Positions 58,810 to 64,000 of a stretch of DNA of 64,000 bases are shown here, in pieces. Source of the DNA: Candidatus Poribacteria bacterium (GTDB taxonomy: Bacteria > Poribacteria > WGA-4E > PCPOR2b). The position numbers and the translations under genes were made by a program. Below the pieces are notes generated by a model, which searched no databases, was not told where the DNA came from, and saw nothing but the letters and a program-made list of their open reading frames with translations. The first letter of the stretch is position 1, and each line of letters starts with the position of its first letter. The stretch is taken from NCBI GenBank assembly GCA_965208675.1, contig OZ242351.1:2240001-2304000 (forward strand), given 5' to 3'.

Positions 58810-59613
58810 TTACTTCCCGAACCGCCGCTGCCGTTGGCTATAGTCACGAATTGCGCGGAGAAAGTCAATCTTTCTAAATGATGGCCAATACGTATCGCAG
58901 AAGTAGTATTCTGAATACACGCTTTGCCAAAGCAAAAACCCAGATAGTCGTACCTCTCCGCTGGTTCGGATAATCAGGTCGGGGTCCGGCAATTCAGACG
59001 TGTAGAGGTGTGGGCTAATCTTTTCGACACTGAGTTCATCCGTAATTTCGGCGGGTTCACGCCCCTTCGCAAGTTCGGATTGTAGATGGCTGCGGACGGC
59101 TTCGACAATCTCTTCACGCCCGCCGTAAGCGACAGCTACGTTCAAAATAAATTTGTCGTAATGCTTTGTTGCCTTCTCCGCAGCGTGAATTGCGTCTTGA
59201 AGACTCTGCGGCAGCAGTTCAATTTGTCCCATGGATCGAATCTTAATCTGGTTGGTGTGCAGCCCTTCAATCGTCACAACTTCGCGCATCTTCTTTTCAA
59301 TAAGATCTAATATCTCTGTGACTTCGGATTGATCGCGCTTGAAATTGTCGAGAGAGAAAATCCAGATGGAGACAATCTTGACGCCCAACTCATCACACCA
59401 ATGGAGCATCTCTTCCAGTTTGTGAGCGCCGTCATAATGTCCTTTGATGGTATCCATAAAGCCCTGCTTTTTTGCATAACGGCGATTACCATCAAGAATA
59501 ATACCAATGTGGTGGGGAATATGCCAATGGCTGGTTTTCTGCTCAAGCCGCTTTTGGTAAACCGCGTAGAAGAATTTTTTTAGAGGATTTTTTATAATTT
59601 GCATTGGATGCAT
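58810..59613 (-). CDS. uppS: cis-prenyltransferase (UppS family)
   Basis: HIGIILDGNRR, S..NF.R...E, YGGR.EI, DPDLIIRTSGE.RLS.FLLWQ, RRFG. Confidence 0.9.
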   Translation of the reverse strand: MHPMQIIKNPLKKFFYAVYQKRLEQKTSHWHIPHHIGIILDGNRRYAKKQGFMDTIKGHYDGAHKLEEMLHWCDELGVKIVSIWIFSLDNFKRDQSEVTEILDLIEKKMREVVTIEGLHTNQIKIRSMGQIELLPQSLQDAIHAAEKATKHYDKFILNVAVAYGGREEIVEAVRSHLQSELAKGREPAEITDELSVEKISPHLYTSELPDPDLIIRTSGEVRLSGFLLWQSVYSEYYFCDTYWPSFRKIDFLRAIRDYSQRQRRFGK

Positions 59614-59917
59614 GGTGAGGCCTCGAAAAGATTGTTCATTTTGATTATACCATACAACACAAGATGAGAAAAAGCCAAAACCATTGATGCTGTTGAATCC
59701 AATAATTGTACGGACATCTTTTGATATCAGTGTAAAGTCCGTTAACAGCAGGCGAGTCTTCGGACTGATCGTATTTAAAGAACCACGTTATTTGCACATA
59801 CCCCTTTCGTTTTACTTTTGCGTTTCAGGTTAAACATGGTAAAATTATGCCGCCTCGTAACGTCCCAGTATTTGGGAAGATGATGCTTCGCAGCCATTTT
59901 GGAAAGGGAACGGGTGC

Positions 59918-61075
59918 ATGCCGGACGTTGTTGTTGGACATATTGAAGACCCAGAAAGCCTTAAAGCTGTATTCACTGAATTTGAACGACATCATCCCGG
60001 CATCAAAATAGGGATGGGACATTTCGAAGGCGACGACGGTGAGGTTGCAACGGAGTATGGCGGCGTCCGATATATCTGGATTGATCGGGGCGCGGGCGAG
60101 GTCTTTCTAGATTCAGGTTATCGGACGCAAGAGGGAGATGGCGAGCGATTGCCCGCAATTTACGAAACGGATCGATGTGATGATGAGAATTGGTCAATAT
60201 TGCAAACATTGGCGGGAAACCTTGACACACTCCATGAAAGAATTAGACCGCCGGTTGAGGGCATATTAGACAGGGTAACGGAACGAACATTGGTTGGCGA
60301 CATCGCCAACGAAATCTGGTTAATGGAGGAGAGCGGGGCCTCTCGCGGACAATGGTCCAGCCGACCGAAGGTGCGCCGTACCTTTGAACTTCTGCTGGTG
60401 AACTATTCTACTATCGGTTGGTCTACGAAACAGACGAGTTCGTTTGAACCCATTCAAGCTGGCGACCAACTCACCGTACTGGATGATGAGCCGATTCGGG
60501 TGCGCGGGAAATTCAGTTATTGGTGGATTGAGAACACGAACATCTTCATGACACACTTAACGACGGCTCGCCGCCTGCGCTATCTGCGTGATACGGCGGG
60601 CGGTTGCAATACTTCAACTGACGGTTTCCGCCGCTTAACCATGACATGGCATTGCAACACAGCGACCGCAGATGAGGCTGACGGCATCAATACGGTCAAT
60701 AGCCATGTTGTCAACATTACTGCTCAGTCCTCGCGGACCCACTACCACCCAGCGATTCCGGTCGGCGGCGGCAAACCACAGCACGAAATCTACCTGGCGC
60801 TCAACCCGAGCGCGTATTCGTTGAACACTTACGGGCGCGATAGTCATCTACATGTATTTCCGGACCTTACAAATCTCGCAAACCACGAACAAATACCGCT
60901 AACACCGGGTGACGTCGTCTACATTCCGCCAGATACCGGACATCGCGCCGTGGATGCCTTTGTGAACGTCGTAACGCTGCCCGGCTTCAAGCCGCATAAT
61001 GAGGTTGATTTAGATGCGCAAATCAAGGAGACAACCAACGGGAGTGTTCCCTACAATGAGAATGTGCTTCACTAA
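59918..61075 (+). CDS. Hypothetical protein with C-terminal cupin-like metal site
   Basis: THYHP...QHEIY and PGDVVYIPPDTGHR. Confidence 0.65.
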   Translation: MPDVVVGHIEDPESLKAVFTEFERHHPGIKIGMGHFEGDDGEVATEYGGVRYIWIDRGAGEVFLDSGYRTQEGDGERLPAIYETDRCDDENWSILQTLAGNLDTLHERIRPPVEGILDRVTERTLVGDIANEIWLMEESGASRGQWSSRPKVRRTFELLLVNYSTIGWSTKQTSSFEPIQAGDQLTVLDDEPIRVRGKFSYWWIENTNIFMTHLTTARRLRYLRDTAGGCNTSTDGFRRLTMTWHCNTATADEADGINTVNSHVVNITAQSSRTHYHPAIPVGGGKPQHEIYLALNPSAYSLNTYGRDSHLHVFPDLTNLANHEQIPLTPGDVVYIPPDTGHRAVDAFVNVVTLPGFKPHNEVDLDAQIKETTNGSVPYNENVLH

Positions 61076-61280
61076 CAACGGAACTTGTACGAAAAGTGGG
61101 CGGCAAAGCTACATTTTCGTTTGTGCGTCGAAATCATGGTAATTTTAAGGGTTTCACCCTTTCGATAAAGCTATACATGGATGGAACAATTATGAGGCTA
61201 TACCGTCCACTTCTCCTTTAACCGCACTACGCTACTTGCAAAAACCTGTGGAGCATCCTTGAAATTCGGATAAACGGATA

Positions 61281-62102
61281 ATGGACGAGAAGATATTCAA
61301 GTATTACGAGAAGGGCGAAGAGGCAGCCCGCCTCAGTGGCGGATTCGACCGTGTGGAGTTTGAAAGAACGAAGGAAATCCTACTCAGATACCTGCCGCCG
61401 CCGCCCGCAAAAATTCTCGATGTTGGAGGCGGCGCCGGCGCCTATTCCTTCTGGCTAGCGGAAAAGTCCTACACAGTTCATCTGATTGACATTGTACCCC
61501 TCCATGTTGAGCAGACGAAAACGGCAGACGGTGCGGCGCTTCTTGCCAGCATTGGCAAAGGAGACGCCAGAAAACTCGATTTCGAATCTGACTCTATGGA
61601 TGTCGTGCTTCTACTCGGGCCGCTCTACCATCTTCCACGGCGTTCGAATCGAATCCGAGCATTGAAAGAAACTCGCCGCGTCTTAAAAACCGGAGGTTTG
61701 GTGTTTTGCGCTGCCATTTCACGGTTCGCATCTCTTCTTGGCGGCTTGGCTCAGGATTTCTTATCCGATCCAGAGTTCCATAATATCGCCTTGAAAGATG
61801 TAAAAGATGGCAATCACCTCAATCCGAAAGAGATCCCGGGTTACTTTACAACCGCATACTTTCACAGACCAGAAGAATTAGCAGCGGAAATCAAGGAAGC
61901 AGGACTTAGCCATTTAAGCACATTGGGCTTAGAGGGGTCATCATGGCTGTTGGGAGATTTCGAAGAGCGGTGGGCAGACCCCGCGCGAAAAGCGATTATT
62001 CTTGAAGTGTTGCGACTGATAGAAGACGAAACAACACTTCTCGGTGTCAGTGCACATCTTTTGGCGGTTGCCAAAAAAGAAGGAAGAACCGAAGCTAACT
62101 GA
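61281..62102 (+). CDS. Class I SAM-dependent methyltransferase
   Basis: ILDVGGGAG, GDARKL, DVVLLLGPLYHL, RVLKTGG. Confidence 0.9.
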   Translation: MDEKIFKYYEKGEEAARLSGGFDRVEFERTKEILLRYLPPPPAKILDVGGGAGAYSFWLAEKSYTVHLIDIVPLHVEQTKTADGAALLASIGKGDARKLDFESDSMDVVLLLGPLYHLPRRSNRIRALKETRRVLKTGGLVFCAAISRFASLLGGLAQDFLSDPEFHNIALKDVKDGNHLNPKEIPGYFTTAYFHRPEELAAEIKEAGLSHLSTLGLEGSSWLLGDFEERWADPARKAIILEVLRLIEDETTLLGVSAHLLAVAKKEGRTEAN

Positions 62103-62138
62103 TTCAGATGGCTTTCAATCGAGATCGAAGGCGTACCT

Positions 62139-62363
62139 ATGGATAAATGGTATATCAGCGTAACAGTATTGAACGTACTCGCCCTCATTATGCTCATCGG
62201 ATTCCTAATATACTTTTTTCAACCATCGGCGCTTGTAAAACGGTTAGGGCTTATCTTTTTCTTAACCGCGGGCACGTTGGTCATGGTTAGAGGTGTCGTA
62301 AAAATCACGATGGGCATGCAAAAGGGCGGGAAATTACGGATCTCATCGAAAAAGAGAGACTGA
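62139..62363 (+). CDS. Small two-TM hypothetical protein
   Basis: Two hydrophobic helices and a basic tail; co-oriented in the gene run. Confidence 0.55.
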   Translation: MDKWYISVTVLNVLALIMLIGFLIYFFQPSALVKRLGLIFFLTAGTLVMVRGVVKITMGMQKGGKLRISSKKRD

Positions 62364-62424
62364 CCATCCCGTGTTGTAAACTACATCTCAATGGGGAAAT
62401 CATAATCATTAACGGAGGGGAATC

Positions 62425-63378
62425 ATGATTGACAATCGAACGAGAGTTGCACTTACCCGAGAAGGAAATCGACGCGAAAATGTCTTCACCGCACTCGATT
62501 TGGTCCGCGGCGATGTCGTTCCCAAGTTGCGGGATCAGGTGATGTTGAAACCGAATTTCCTATCAGGCGACAACCAGTTGGCGTCAACACACGTTGACGC
62601 CATCCGCGGCACAATTGATTTTTTGCTGACTACCGCAACCCCTCCGCAGGAAATCATTGTGGCGGAAGGCGGCAACGAAGAGGTACCCGGAGAGGCGTTC
62701 GAGAATTTCGGTTATTACGCGTTAATTGACGAATACCCCATCCCAATTCGGTTAGTGGATCTCAATCAAGAGGAGAATTGGGAGGAGACGCACATCCTAC
62801 TCGCGGATAGCAGTGAAGTACCCGTGTACATGCCCAAAACTGTGTTGGATTGCCCGTGCACGATCTCCGTCGGTGTCGCAAAAACGCACGATGTCTGTGT
62901 GGTTACACTTGCCCTTAAAAACATGATTATGGGGACATTACGCAAACAGGACCGCGTCAAGATGCACGGCTTCTGCACCCACGCGGAGCGAAAATTGCCC
63001 CGCGAGGCGCAGACACTGAACATCAATCTGATTCGGTTGTCCCGATATCTTCGTCCCGATATCGCCGTTATTGACGGATACCTAGGGTTACAGGGAAACG
63101 GTCCAAGTGGAACCGACGCCGTTGATTTCGGGATTGCTGTCGCAAGTGCAGACGTGTTTGCCGCTGACACCGTGATGGCGAAGGCGATGGGCTTTGATCC
63201 GCTGCATCTTGGATTGATGCATTACGCCAAAGAGATGGGATATGGCACGGCTGCTCTTGATAAAATCGATGTGTTGGGGACCCCGGTCGAATCAGTGATC
63301 ACGCCTTTCAAGCCGCATGAAACGGTGCATCTACAATTGCAATGGCATGAACCCGATGCGATGCGTTATTTAGCATGA
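62425..63378 (+). CDS. DUF362-domain protein
   Basis: V.LKPN, STH, AEG, KTH....TL.LKN, VIDG..G..GNGP, D..A.D....MGFDP. Confidence 0.88.
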   Translation: MIDNRTRVALTREGNRRENVFTALDLVRGDVVPKLRDQVMLKPNFLSGDNQLASTHVDAIRGTIDFLLTTATPPQEIIVAEGGNEEVPGEAFENFGYYALIDEYPIPIRLVDLNQEENWEETHILLADSSEVPVYMPKTVLDCPCTISVGVAKTHDVCVVTLALKNMIMGTLRKQDRVKMHGFCTHAERKLPREAQTLNINLIRLSRYLRPDIAVIDGYLGLQGNGPSGTDAVDFGIAVASADVFAADTVMAKAMGFDPLHLGLMHYAKEMGYGTAALDKIDVLGTPVESVITPFKPHETVHLQLQWHEPDAMRYLA

Positions 63379-63492
63379 GATGTGCGTATACGGCGATCGG
63401 CTTGTTTAGGCGGCATACGGACAGCCGAAACGTACAGAATCGTTGGCGGCGGACGGATTGCCTCGCACCCATTGCATCAAACTAGAAAAAAC

Positions 63493-63521
63493 TTGACATG
63501 TTATCGAACGTTTGTTAACAT
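63493..63521 (+). promoter_or_regulatory. Sigma70-type promoter
   Basis: TTGACA-17 nt-TAACAT with extended -10 TG. Confidence 0.55.
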
Positions 63522-63831
63522 AGCGTTAAAGTTTGCCGCGACCTCAGATGGAGAGATTTGGATTGTGTCACATTCATTATCACGCGCCGCCGCAATGAAC
63601 AAGACGCATAATAGAGGCATACCCGCTGTACATTTCGTGTCTGCCTTGATTACAATAATCGCCGTCATTTGCGCGTCTTACGGTGGTGGGCTGACAGAAA
63701 CGACCTAAATTCGGTTCCGCAATCATAATTATCCAAAATGCCCATTATCGAAACAGGCTTCGATGGTGGGCGTTTTTATTTTCGGTGAATATCTGTCATA
63801 GCCATTACCAGCCATATGTGCACGCGCCGCG

Positions 63832-63899
63832 GTAGGTGCGGAATCCAACCGCACCTATGGACTGGATGAATACCGGTTCGGTTAAGACACCGAACCTAC
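63832..63899. repeat. Inverted pair of GTAG-type REP-like palindromes
   Basis: GTAggtgcgg-aatccaa-ccgcacc and ggttcggt-taagac-accgaacCTAC. Confidence 0.65.
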
Positions 63900-64000
63900 C
63901 GCAGTATATAAGTCTTCATAGGATTCACTATAGCTTTTGGAAGGTTTTGGACGCTCCAACGGTTTGCGTTATGGAGGAAGAGCGTATGTTTAAGGACGTA

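Noticed and set aside
59737-59767. agtc-ttcg-gact UUCG hairpin in the uppS/cupin intergenic region
   Set aside because: Too short and single-copy, with no recognisable riboswitch consensus.
63506-63517. LexA-like box GAAC-N4-GTTA within the promoter
   Set aside because: Single imperfect match; the LexA motif of this lineage is unknown to me and no SOS gene follows.
63382-63708. 108-aa ORF after DUF362
   Set aside because: It crosses a promoter; only the last ~47 codons resemble a truncated signal-peptide fragment, which is too weak to call.

Overview
Bacterial chromosomal window, probably from Candidatus Poribacteria or a relative. This is an inference from LamG proteins ending in a 'KLAxxWxxLK' tail, a 'LLQNYPNPFNPETWIPYQL' FlgD-Ig-type tail protein and an ECF-sigma/beta-propeller fusion. 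It opens with a small defence-like island: a 5'-truncated SNF2 helicase-Mrr nuclease (ZorD-like), one intact and one decayed ParE/RelE-type TA pair, and a DUF4268 nuclease-like gene. Next come transport and housekeeping genes (BMP lipoprotein, PhnC/PhnE-like ABC parts, acetolactate synthase, ThiO-like oxidase, purE, tsaE, an atypical sulfatase-family enzyme). A sigma-54-driven porin-urtABCDE-ureDABC urea cluster follows, then rnhA, polA, a stand-alone UvrD-like helicase, rsgA, a cis-prenyltransferase and others. I found no rRNA, tRNA or CRISPR array. The most unusual signals are non-coding. (1) A 32-nt hairpin module occurs 7 times with clear compensatory base changes around invariant tandem G.A pairs, nested in at least three different REP/MITE host families. 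(2) A promoter- and terminator-bounded ~200-nt candidate ncRNA with tandem 38-nt repeats lies divergent from the UvrD-like gene. (3) A duplicated promoter plus structured leader precedes two unrelated genes. All gene calls come from motif recognition by eye; no database searches were run.
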